DNA from: Phoronis australis
Taxonomy: Eukaryota; Animalia; Phoronida
Assembly: GCA_002633005.1 (NCBI GenBank)
Contig: NMRA01000324.1
Span: 70,691-134,690 of the forward strand
Length of the DNA: 64,000 nt
Direction: 5' to 3'
The position numbers were made by a program, and so were the translations under genes. Below the pieces are notes generated by a model, which ran no database searches, had not been told where the DNA came from, and was given only the letters and a program-made list of their open reading frames with translations. This document shows, piece after piece, positions 12,401-24,400 of the stretch. Every line of letters begins with the position of its first letter. Position 1 is the stretch's first letter.

Positions 12401-15400
12401 ATTTTTTGCACTTGCATTCTGCTCAAAAGTGGCATTGGATTAATTTGCTTTATTTGCTGACCCCATCTAGATGTCGATGGTGAATTTCTGTTGACGTTTG
12501 AAGACAAGATTCACCACCAGGTGTCAGGCCCAGCGCATATTTACTATGCCATCTGGAGGGACATGTTGAAGACTGTTAAAGTGAAGTTTGTTGGTCGCCT
12601 GTCCAGCAAAACTAAACCAGCTGTGGTCAAATCACTGCCCTACTGGAGTGTAAATGAGCTTGATCTACCCTCACATCTGGTCAAACTTGAAAATCTTGGG
12701 TGAGGGAGCTGAGTCAAGTTATAATGAATTTTAAACATCAGTATATTTAGAATATATGATTTGGCAATATGAGTGAACCTGGTGAATGATGCTTGTGAGG
12801 TGAATAGTGATGAGAATGAGCTATAATTAACATTGTTGTGAACCTGGTGAATGATGCTTGTGAGGTGAATAGTGATGAGAATGAGCTATAATTAACATTG
12901 TTGTGGCCAGCTGTATATTTTGCCATTGATTGCAATGGGAGACATGTTTTTGTGACCCTGGTTTCACTTGCACCACTTAGTGAGTTTCAGTCGCTCGCTG
13001 TTGTAAATAAGCTGTTGTAACATTTATTATTTTATTGATACTTTTACAAAAGCATGACGTTCACTTGACGTGACGTTCACGTGACGTGACGTTCCCTTGA
13101 CATGATGCGATTTGAGTTGCAAACATTGCATAAAAATTGTTGTCAAAAGTAGTGGTTAAGTTGACGGCTGTGGTTATCTCTGCTTACAGTGGCATCACAG
13201 ATGTTGCCAAGAAAGCTATGCTTCACCTTACTGCTTGCCTGGCTGTACAACCACTAGCTAGCACCATGTTTGGAGGCTCGCCAGGCATGTCCAGTGGTGG
13301 CCTGTTAGTGTCTGGTACAAGAGGGAGTGGCAAGTCTAGCCTGGTCCGAGCTGTCGCTGGTGAGATGACCAAGTATCCTAACCTTGTCTACTTGAGGATC
13401 ATTGACTGCAAACCTCTCAGAGGTCAGTGATGGTCATGAGCAATCTATGCTAGGTGGCAGGACTGCATGATTAATGTAGCACAATACATATAGCATCGTC
13501 CAGGCAGTGGTTGGCAATTAGTCTGTCACCTTCTGAGCTCATGGTCAAAAACTGAATGTGCCAAATGTCAACTAACAGAAGTATGTTCTATGAAATAAAG
13601 TTAGGTAAAGCCCATGTTTTCTTTAAATAATTATGAAAGTCGTGTTTTATGAAAACTATGGATTCGAAATGATTGTAGTCCCTGTTGTGAAAGTTGCTCT
13701 TATTATATTTTTATTCAAGCAAACTGATAGTGCAGTCAAATAGTATTGAGAAAATTAGTGAGGTAGACAAATGTAAACAGTTTCATACAAAGACAGGCTA
13801 GATTTGTTCAAGATTGTTTGCTTAATGTTTACTTGATATTTATACAGTTCATTATGTGTTTCAGCTAAACGTGTCGAGTCCTTAAAAAGTATGTGGTTGA
13901 AAGTCTTCAACGAAGCAGCATGGAGGCAGCCATCTTTGATTCTTATGGATGACCTTGATCACGTGACCCCAGCTTCTATGGGTCATGAACAGGAAATGAG
14001 TGGGGAGTCTGTCTACTTCACCAGAGTAGCTAAAGGTGACTTTACACATTAATGTTGTGTTTTGAATTGTTTAGTTTAGTTTATTTTCTTTTCTGACTAA
14101 TGTAATGTAGTTTAATTGTGGATGCTGGATACATCCTCATTGTGATGGAAACCAAATTAAATTTATTATTTAGTATAAAACAATTTGCAAACTGTTTTGG
14201 GGGAAAGTTAACATACGTACCTGGTTTTTGTAAAAAAAAATAGCTATACTAATCTCAACTTGTTCTTTTCTTTGATCAGAAGTTATTTCTGGGTTTGGCA
14301 AATACTGCTGTTGGTCCGAAGACTATGTTCAATCAGTTGCCTTGACATAAGTGAGCATCATTATACACTTAACATAGACTCGAGTCAGAAGCTATTTTTA
14401 GTTTTATAGCTGTTTTGAAGCGGTTACAAACGTGACAAGTGTTGGTTTAGACCACTTACCGTTATAAAATTGATCACAATTTGTTCCTTGCTCAAATGAG
14501 AAGTAATTTCTGAGTTAGCAGAGAAATAAAAGTTTGCTATTCCTTGATATCATGCTTGGCACACAAAATGAGGCGCCATGACAACCAGCCTGTTAGCCTG
14601 GTCCCAACCAATTACCCAACTCTCAGTTTTTTGAAGCCATAAAATCACCTCTAATTTGATTAAGGGAAATTTTAGACCAATTATGTAACAGTACGTAGTC
14701 TAAAGCAAAAATCATTTTTTGTTTTAAAGTTGCTTATAAAAGTGAAGACTAACACTGTACGGTGTTTTTGGATCTCACGATTCACTAATTTGTGTTAATT
14801 TAAAATCACTAGATGTTATTGGTTGACACAATGTTTGTTTTCTTGTTTTTACAGCGTTAATCGATATTCTTAACTCTGAGATTGTACAGCAGTCTAGGAT
14901 TGTTGTCATGGCAACCAGTCAATCAAGGTCTTCTCTCCACCAAAGTTTAGTCTCTTCGCGAGGCTGTCACTTTTTTCAAGAATTTGTGACAATTTCAACA
15001 CCAGATGCTGTAAGTTGTAATTTGCTACAATATACAAAATTATGTTCAATTACTTTGTATTTTGGCTGTGCCTCAATATCCACCAAGTTTCAGGATGGAT
15101 TTTCATGAAATTTGGTATATGGAGATTACACTGTGGTGTCCTCTAGTGGCAATTCAGGTTTTCTTTGCATATGGCTCTGTATCTATCAAGCTCCTTGATG
15201 GATGTTTNTTCAGCATATGACTTTTGACAGTATATAAATTTTGATTGGTTATATAATCATATTCCATATTGCAACGGAAGAGGTCGTTTGGTGCAAAGGT
15301 CATACAATTTTCAAAATGCTCCTCCTCCTTCAGTTTTAAAGCTATCTTTTTCAAATTCGGTGCACAGGTATAAGTCAACATGACAATTTAAAAAATTACT

Positions 15401-18400
15401 TTTCTAAGTAATCGGGTCATCCAATCAGGTGAAATAGGTCAAAGGTCATTAGGTGCAAACTAAAATTTTGAGCTAGACACTTCAAATTGACAGGTCTGAT
15501 TGCCACAGGTAAATCAAATCGGAATCCAAAGTTTCAGGTCATTTAGTGCAAATATGGGGTCACTAGGTGCATTTTTCTTCAGAAAATTTGACCTTTTCAA
15601 TCAGCAAGTATTCTAATGTGTCAACCGTTAGACAACTGTGATTCTCAGCGTTAAACACATTTTCCATGGGCCTTGCAATAATTCTCCTAAAGATGCTTAA
15701 AATGCACCGGATAAGGTCAATTAGTGCAAAGGTCATGTAACGTTCAACATGTTATATCTCTTACGTTTTTCAAGGAATTCTTTTCAATTTCAGCACACTG
15801 GTGTAAGTCAACATGCCAATTGAATACCCTACTTTACTTTGCAATAGGCCTAACCAATCAGAAAAAATAGGTCAAATGTCATTGGGTGCAAACTAAAATT
15901 TTGAGCTAGAGACTTCAGAATTATGTATCTGTTTACTAACTGCGATTGAGTTTGAATTCTAAATTTTCAGGTCATTTGGTGCACCCATGGGGTCATTAGG
16001 TGCATTTTTCTACTGAAAGTTTGACCACTTGATTCATCTTGTATTCTTAAGTGCTTAAAGTAAAACATCTGTGATTATTAGCATTAACCACACTTTTAAT
16101 CGAGTTAACAATTACTCCCTCATCGGGGCTCATAATGCACCGGAAGAGGTCAATTAGTGGAAAGGTCATCAAAAAATTAATATGTAATTTTTCCTACAAT
16201 TTTAAAGAATTCTTTTTCTTATTGGTAAACTGGTTGCTGTCAGTAACTTCCCATGATAATTCCAGTAATACGCACGCGCAGAGTCCGTTATTGTCACGTC
16301 GTGACAATAATCTTTCTAGTTTTCAGTTAATGTTCTTCAGATTGCCTTACTCATGAGCATCATCAAAAATAGCCAACAAGATATTTGCTTTTTAAGCCTA
16401 CTTCAATGTAAAGGAATGGTCAAAATGTTCATTATCAGCCAAACCATACTTTATATCCTCAAATTCTCATTGTTTCAACTGATGTTGATGCTCAGCAGTT
16501 GTTGTCTTCTTTTCATTCAGGCTCAGCGCAAGTCTATTCTTGACGCTATCATCGTGTCTAAACAGACTATCAGCCTGGACACTTTGACATTTGTGGACAC
16601 GCAACACTGGGCAGCCAAAACACAAGGCAGTGTGGCACGTGACCTTGTCAAGTTGGTGGACCGCGCAGTTCATGCCCACTTGATGAAAACACAGTGTAAG
16701 AGTTCTCGCTCTGATTTTGCATGAATGAGTCAGTTTATTTAAACAAATCAATAATTAGGTTGACATAGTCATACTTCCAAGATTGTGACTCAGTCTTCAG
16801 GTAATTTTAACTTTTCTTATTATTTTTATTACTCTTAGTAACTTGTTTTTGAATTAACATTACACAAAAAATCCAAGGAACTCTCTTTCAAATGATGAGG
16901 AAGGGGCGCCACTGTACATTCAAAATAAAAACCAGCACAAAATCAGCAAAGAAAATGGCTACCTTTGACAACATTGCCAGGTTATAAACAAAACATGTGG
17001 ATACCATGTTATAAAAAAACCATGCGGATACCAAGTCATAAACAAACCATGCGGATACCAAGTCATAAAAAAACCATGCGGATACCAAGTCATAAACAAA
17101 CCATGCGGATACCAAGTCATAAACAAACCATGCGGATACCAAGTCATAAACAAACCATGCGGATACCAAGTCATAAACAAACCATGCGGATATCAAGTCA
17201 ATAAACAAACCATGCGGATACCAAGTCATAAACAAACCATGCGGATATCAAGTCATAAACAAACCATGCGGATTCCTTTTGATGACTCTCACGTTCATGG
17301 AACACTTCTTTCATTTACCCTCCCATGTTGATATTTCTGATACCAAAGATATTCATCTGAGGGGATTTCTGGCAAGGCATAATATCCCTGAACTCCCCTC
17401 CAACCCCTCCTTTGGGAGAGCCCCCCCCTCCCCACCTTCTATTTTTGTGCTGTCCAGTGATTAGCATGGTAACCTACAAGTTCAGATCATGCTTAGCATC
17501 ATTTGATTCATACTGTAACCACATGTTCAAAGCTGAAGTAATGTCCTGTTATGCACATACTATTTAATGGTTTCCAGTGAAACGCAGGGGGGAGAGGGGG
17601 ACACAGATGTCTGTGGCCGTTTGAAGTTGAGGTCTTAGAGTCCATTACATTAGGGAAGTTACTATCACTATTATTATTCTACTTAGCAGCAGTGAAGAGA
17701 GCAGCTGAAGTCTGTTTGGACAACGCTAGTTTTGAGCAGGCCATGCAGGGTTTCCAGCCTTCCTCTCTGCAGAACGTGTCGCTCCACAGAGCAGGGAGTC
17801 TGGGCTGGGCAGATGTGGGTAACCTGGATGAAGTGAAGAGTACCTTAATGGAGACACTACAGTGGCCCTCCAAGGTACCTATCAGTCCATGTGCTGGGCT
17901 CTGTTCATAGTAATTTTTCAAGTTGTTTTTGTTTTATACCATATTCAACTATAGGCAGCTGTATAGGCTGTGTGTAATAGCAGTTTGTATTTTTATATGG
18001 TGCAATTTGGCAATTTGATTTCTTATTCTCACCATTTACAACTGTTGTGGATTGCTACTACATGTGGTGAAAAGATTATGAATAGAATACAATAATAATA
18101 TTGTCTCTTACATGCCCGTCACATTATGTAACCAATGTCACTTTCAGGTTGACTTATTGAGTCATTTGATTCCAGTGGACAACAGTGTCTGCATTGTAAG
18201 CTGAAGGTTCTGGTTTCAATACCTGGTTGGGACAAATATCTTTTTATGCTTGAAATGATAGGTCATGCGGTGTCACCAACAGGTGGCATATGAGGGACTA
18301 ATTAAACTTTCTCTTATGTGTAAAAGTGCAACAACTTCAAACACAAAAAACAAATCACTTCCATAGATTTATCATGATTTTGAACAGGGCTAGAGTATTT

Positions 18401-21400
18401 AGTCTCTAATGAAAATGCGAATTATTTATTGGCACTTAAACTTATGGAAATGTCTTCAAAACAAAAAGTACACCTAATCGATTTAACATCTTAACATGCT
18501 CTCTGCTTCTTGGTGTTGAAGTGATAATCAGCCACAAGTCTCTTTCTCGCATCGTAGCCAAGTGTGTGTACTTCCCGTTTCAGTACCCAACCTTGTTTGC
18601 CAACTGTCCTCTCAGGCTGCGATCAGGGATATTACTGTACGGTGCACCAGGCACTGGGAAGACACTATTGGCGGGGGTGGTGGCAAAGACTCAACTTCAT
18701 AAGTATAAAGGTGATCAGACGAGATCTTACCGTTTGCATAGTAATGTTTTGCAAGATAAATTGTTGGCTTGTTTGTACTTTTTTTCATTGCAGGCAAGGT
18801 TCCTTATGAGAAGCAGTATCTCATTGTGTTTTTGATGTTCTGTGTTGTTAACTTCACTTCACTTGGTGTTTATGGAAGATGCTGTGTCCATTCTTTGGTC
18901 ACGCGGTATTTACTAAAGTATCGTTATGAGTGATTATTACTCTTCTTTTGGCCAACTGGCCATAAGTGGTCAAGTCAAGTTATCCATAAAATCCTACTGC
19001 AGGCACCGTGTTACTTTTTGTTAAATGATGAACAGGAAGAGTGTTACATTTTATAAGTAAGAAATTGCACTAGAGAGCGTATTCTAATTTCCATAAACAC
19101 TCTCCCTTCCAAAGTTGGGTCAAGTATCACTGTATGTTTTAGCTAGCAGATGTTGTTACGAATGGCTACATGTTTTTATGAGTATGATGTTCAAGTGCCT
19201 GTTGTGCTATTGGCCAGGGACCTGAACTGCTCAGTAAATACATTGGCGCCAGTGAGCAGGCAGTAAGAGACACGTTCCAGCGAGCGCAGAGTGCCAAGCC
19301 TTGTATACTCTTCTTCGATGAATTTGATGCCATCGCTCCAAGGTAACTTCTTGTTTGTTTTTCATTACTCTACCAGGCTGTGGGGTGAGTTTCCCGATTT
19401 TACTGATTGGGAACTCTGGTTACACTTTTATGTCATTATCAGTTTGACAGTGATAGCAAGGGGTGAAAGTCGGCAAAACAATGTTTAGATAGTCCGTCTC
19501 TCTTATTGTCTGCGTTTATCTGATGAGCTCACGTAATCCAGCAATGATGTTGTAAACAGCGCGCCTGACACTAACCGATATTTAAAAAATTTTATTTCCA
19601 AACGACGTTCAACAAATGTGGTAAAGATGAGTTTTTTATGACATACTATCACCAATAAACTTTGAATGGAGAAAAACGGTTAACTGTCAGAGAAGTTCAG
19701 ACTTCACTTTCAAGTGCTTATTCGTCTGTGACTTTAAGCTCTGACCAGCTTCCCACCCCAGTATTATGTACCTACATGTACCTACACAATAGGCTTGCCT
19801 GTCAAGTTTAATCAAACTTGATTCTAGATCAGATTAGGATGTTGGAAATTTCTTGGTTTTAACAGTCCAGGGGAATGGTATGTAACGTGTTTGTAAGCAG
19901 TGTTTTAACTGCAGTTTAGCTCCCACATGAAGGCTACCTGTATAGGCTTTGTGTTTAAAGTTGAACAGCAATTTGTTTTCAAAATTGCATAGCTTCTCAG
20001 TTGTGTAGTGTTGTAGATTCATCTGCAAAATGGTTGAATTTGTTGTGTTTTGTCGTAAGAAACAGAATTGCTGTATGTAGGTCACCAGTGACACCAGGAC
20101 TTGTTTGTTTTACATTCAAATTGATGTTACTCATTGTTTGCCAGACGAGGCCATGACAGCACAGGGGTGACAGACAGAGTTGTGAATCAGTTGCTAACTC
20201 AGCTTGATGGTGTTGAGGGTCTTGATGGGGTCTATGTGCTGGCTGCCACCAGTCGACCTGATCTTGTTGACCCCGCCTTGCTGCGACCTGGCAGACTGGA
20301 CAAGAGTTTATGCTGTCCGCTGCCAGATGAGGTAACTACAGAGACAAGGCTTGACTTATCTGTTGAAGTTTGGGTGGGTTGTACGTTTAAGTGAAATGAA
20401 CAAAGGTTATGATCTTTTTATGCGCCCCCGTATTTATATGTGGTCGCATATTTCCGTCATCTCTGGGCGTCCGCCATCCGCAGCTGTATCTCCTAAACCC
20501 CTCACTGGATCTTGATGAGATTTGGCAGATGTGTTCCTATGATGCTGACAATGGATGACAACAAATTTCGGACCACTCCGACTACAGGTGTGCCCCCTAG
20601 TGGCAATTTTAGCTTTTTTACGCTTACCTTTGTATCTTGGCAGGTCCTCTACGGATTTTCATATAATGTGGAAGTTGGGCATCTATTAGTGAGATGATGC
20701 CATCCTCCCATTTTTGGACAGATTTGAGGTACTTTGCGCCACCTAGTTGCCAGTTTTACTGTTTTCGAGTTTTTTGGCGTCCGCCCTTCTATCAAGCAAA
20801 CCGCTCTAGGGATGATTTGTAGAATTGTGGTACATGTTCTTACTGTGAAGATGGCGGCTGACAATAATTTTCGTCGACTTCGATTACTGTCGTGGTGCCT
20901 CCTAGTGGTAGTTTTGTTTGTTTTTGCGCTCATGGATGTATCTCCTGAAAGCTCCACAGGATCTTCCTTGAATTTTGCTGGTGTATTGATATGAAGTTGG
21001 CAACACAGGACGATGAATTTCGGACAGATCTTATTGACAGTGAGTGTGCCCTCTAGTGGCAATTTTTTACATTTACCTCTGTATCTTCAAAGGTCGTCAA
21101 CGTATTTTCTTAAAATTTGGCAGATAGGCATCTTTTAGTGAGGTAACGCTATTATCCGGTTTTCGATTGAATTCAAGGCATTTTGCACTAGCTAGTGGCC
21201 ATTTTTATTGTTTTCGAGTATGTTTTTGGCATCTTCCCCCCTGTCAACCAAGCCACTGTACAGATGATTGTGGAAATTGGCATGTATGTTCCTAATTTGG
21301 AGAAGATGGCTGATGATGATTTTCCGACAACCTGGACAATTGTGGTGCCTCCTAGCTGCAGTTTTTTAACGCCCAAGTCTGTATCTCCTAAACCCTCTGC

Positions 21401-24400
21401 AGAATCTTCATTAAATTTACCAAGTGTATTTATATGAACTTGACAACAAACGACATCGACTTTTGGATGAATCGGAGTACTAATGTGCCCCCTAGTGGCA
21501 ATTTTAGTTTTTCATTGTTACCTCTGTATCTTCAAAGGTCCTCATCGGATTTTGATAAAATTTGGTAGATAGGCATCTATTAGTGGGCTGACGCTATCCT
21601 CTGGTTTTTGGATCGATTCGTGGTATCTTGCTGCACCTAGTGGCCATTTTTACTTTTTCGAGTCTTGTTATTTGGCGTCTGCCCCTCTGTCAACCAAGCC
21701 ACTAGGTTGAAGAAATTGGCATTTACATGTATGTTCCTAATGTGATGAGTTAGTCTGACAAGGATTTTCCAACGACCTCATCTACTGCGGTGCCTCTTAG
21801 TGGCAGTTATGTTTTTTGCGCCTGTAGCCTCCTAGTGGTTATTTCATTTTTTTGTTTTCCTTGGTTTCTCTGAAGTTCCTTGATGGATTTTTGTGAAATT
21901 CGGTAAATAGCTTTGATGACACATACCGGTTTTCAGGTGGATTTAACGTATTTTGAACCATCTGGTGGCCATTTTTATGTTCCAAATAAACAACCCTAGA
22001 AGCACACCGTTTGCGGTGCATTCGTGGGCGCATTTCAACGCTCTGCGTTGCTCATGTTTATGATTGCAAACATCATCAAATGGATGTACATAGTCTATTG
22101 TGTGTTCTACATGAGTCAAACAATACCTGAAAACATATTGAGAACATGATAGTCACAAGACACTCCCAGTACATTTTCTTACCTGACTGTTGAATACCAC
22201 TTGATTAGAAACTCATTTGTGGCTGTATTCAGATTAAGAGAACTTATCTCGTATTTTTAGAATTTTAAGGCAGCAAGCATGCCCCTTCCAGATCCTTCCC
22301 AATTTTGATGAATAATGAACATAAATGTGTGAATCCCTCTTCAGCTCATGGTTTGTTTCGTTGTTAATTGCATTCGATTAAGTGGGGATATATATGTATG
22401 CTCACAATACATTAATTTGGCGAAGTTTAGAATGTTTACAGTAAATTTCATTTCATGGTATCTTTAAAAATTGTTCTCTCAAAAGACCTTAAAAAAATAG
22501 TAAAAGGTAAAGAGAAGCCATACCTGTTTCAAAATGTTTCGTAAGAATAAACTTTCCATCCATGTCATGCAAGTCGTATATCAAAAGTAGTATCTTTTTA
22601 ACCACTACCTATGAAACTCTTTTGTTTTAGTTCCAATTTATTGGTGTAGATTGGCTGATATTGAACATTTTAAATTTGTGCTTAATGATCAATGTGTCCT
22701 AAATGTTTGCAGTGTAACCAAGCACTTGTGACCATGTAGATTGGCTGATATTGAACATTTTAGATTTGTGCTTAGTGATCAATGTGTCCTAAATGTTTGC
22801 AGTGTAACCAAACACTTGTGACCAAAATATTTTTGTAATTGAAAACAGGTTATAGATGCACCACCAAAATGCAAACAGTTCAGGCCCAGATAGATTAATA
22901 TTTTAATAGCAATTACTTAATCATTTTTGCAACCAAAAATGTGATTTTGCTATTATTAATGAATAGGATAGACTTAGAGTTATCAGCTTTGACCGGAGCT
23001 ATGTCTTAATGATTTTATTACAAACCGCCAATTGTTGCCGTTGTCTGACACACAGGCAGGTATGTTTATCACATAAATACACTTAAAATATTTAATGCAT
23101 GAGATTTGGCTTAGTGACAAAGTATTTCGCTGCTACTGTACAGTTAATGCTTTCGATTCTACGTTACTGTACATTTCTGTAATCTTACTATTCTCACCGA
23201 GAATGTCTTTTTAACCCATAGAGTATATCATAGTTCAATGTATTGTTGTGTAGGGAGGTAGACTTGCACTGAGAACGTCTCTTTAATCTATCGAGTATAT
23301 CATAGTTCACTGTATTGTTATGTAGGGAGGTAGACTTGAAATCCTTCATGCGCTCACACGGAACATCCATCTGGCTGATGATGTTGACCTTAGTGCCCTC
23401 TCTAGGCAGTGTCAGCATTTCACCGGAGCTGACTTCAAGGCATTGCTGTATAACGCTCAGCTAGGGGCCATTCAACAGACAACAAACTACCGTTATTTAG
23501 GCACGTACAAGGCGAGAACACGAGAAGGTGAAGATGAACTGGACAAGGTATCCATGCTGTTTATATTTTCAGTTGTTTATGGAAAATATTTATTACTACT
23601 TTTTTAAAAAAATCAATTTCATTGGTTAAACTTTGTGGTTGGGATTGTGAATTTATTAGAGTCCAGCTCCTTCTGACTGAAGGTGTATATATATATTTGG
23701 ATTGATGGTCTGCTATAAACTATTGCCAGTTTTCAAAAATATTTTTACTGATTTGTAGACTGTTGTTATGCTTGATCAAGACACAAGCTCACAGAAAGCA
23801 GCAGTGTTGTACATGCCGACGTTAGGAGAGGGCGTGGTTGGTATTACACGTGACTTCAAGGAGAAGATACTTGCTGAGGTATGCTGTTTTGCTGAAGTCG
23901 AAAGATTTCATCTTATCTGTACATACTCCTCAATGAACTTGGTAAATGTGTAAACTGCTTTATAATTAGTGTCAGTGTGCTGATGAGGCATGGTTTGATA
24001 TTTTTTGTGCAGAGTATTTGGTTAAAATATCTTTGTGTTAATTTAATTCATTTCGAGGCTCACTTGCATTTCTGTCATTTTTATGCGCCCAAATATTTTG
24101 GTCGCATATTGCCGTCATCTCTGTCTGGCGTCCGGCGTCCGCAGCTGTATCTCCTAAACCCCTCGCAGGATCTTGATGAGATTTGGCAGATGTGTTCCTA
24201 TCAAGCTGACGACGGACGACGACGAGTTTAGATCCTCTCCGACTACCGGTGTGCCCCTTAGTGGCAATTTTATTTTTTTACGCTTACCTCTGTATCTTCG
24301 GATGTCCTCAACAGATTTTCATAAAATTTGGCCATTAGGCATCTATTAGTGAGACGATGCCATCCTCCCATTTTTGCATGGATTTGAGGTACTTTGCGCC

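Noticed and set aside
12766-12902. Short two-copy duplications here and at ~22645-22824 and ~53703-53842
   Set aside because: Ordinary local tandem duplications with no further structure.
16888-17235. Hydrophobic repeat ORFs (DLVSAWFVY)
   Set aside because: Translations of the 27-bp minisatellite.
19520-19560. CTGATGAG hammerhead-like box
   Set aside because: No stem II closing onto a GAAA box.
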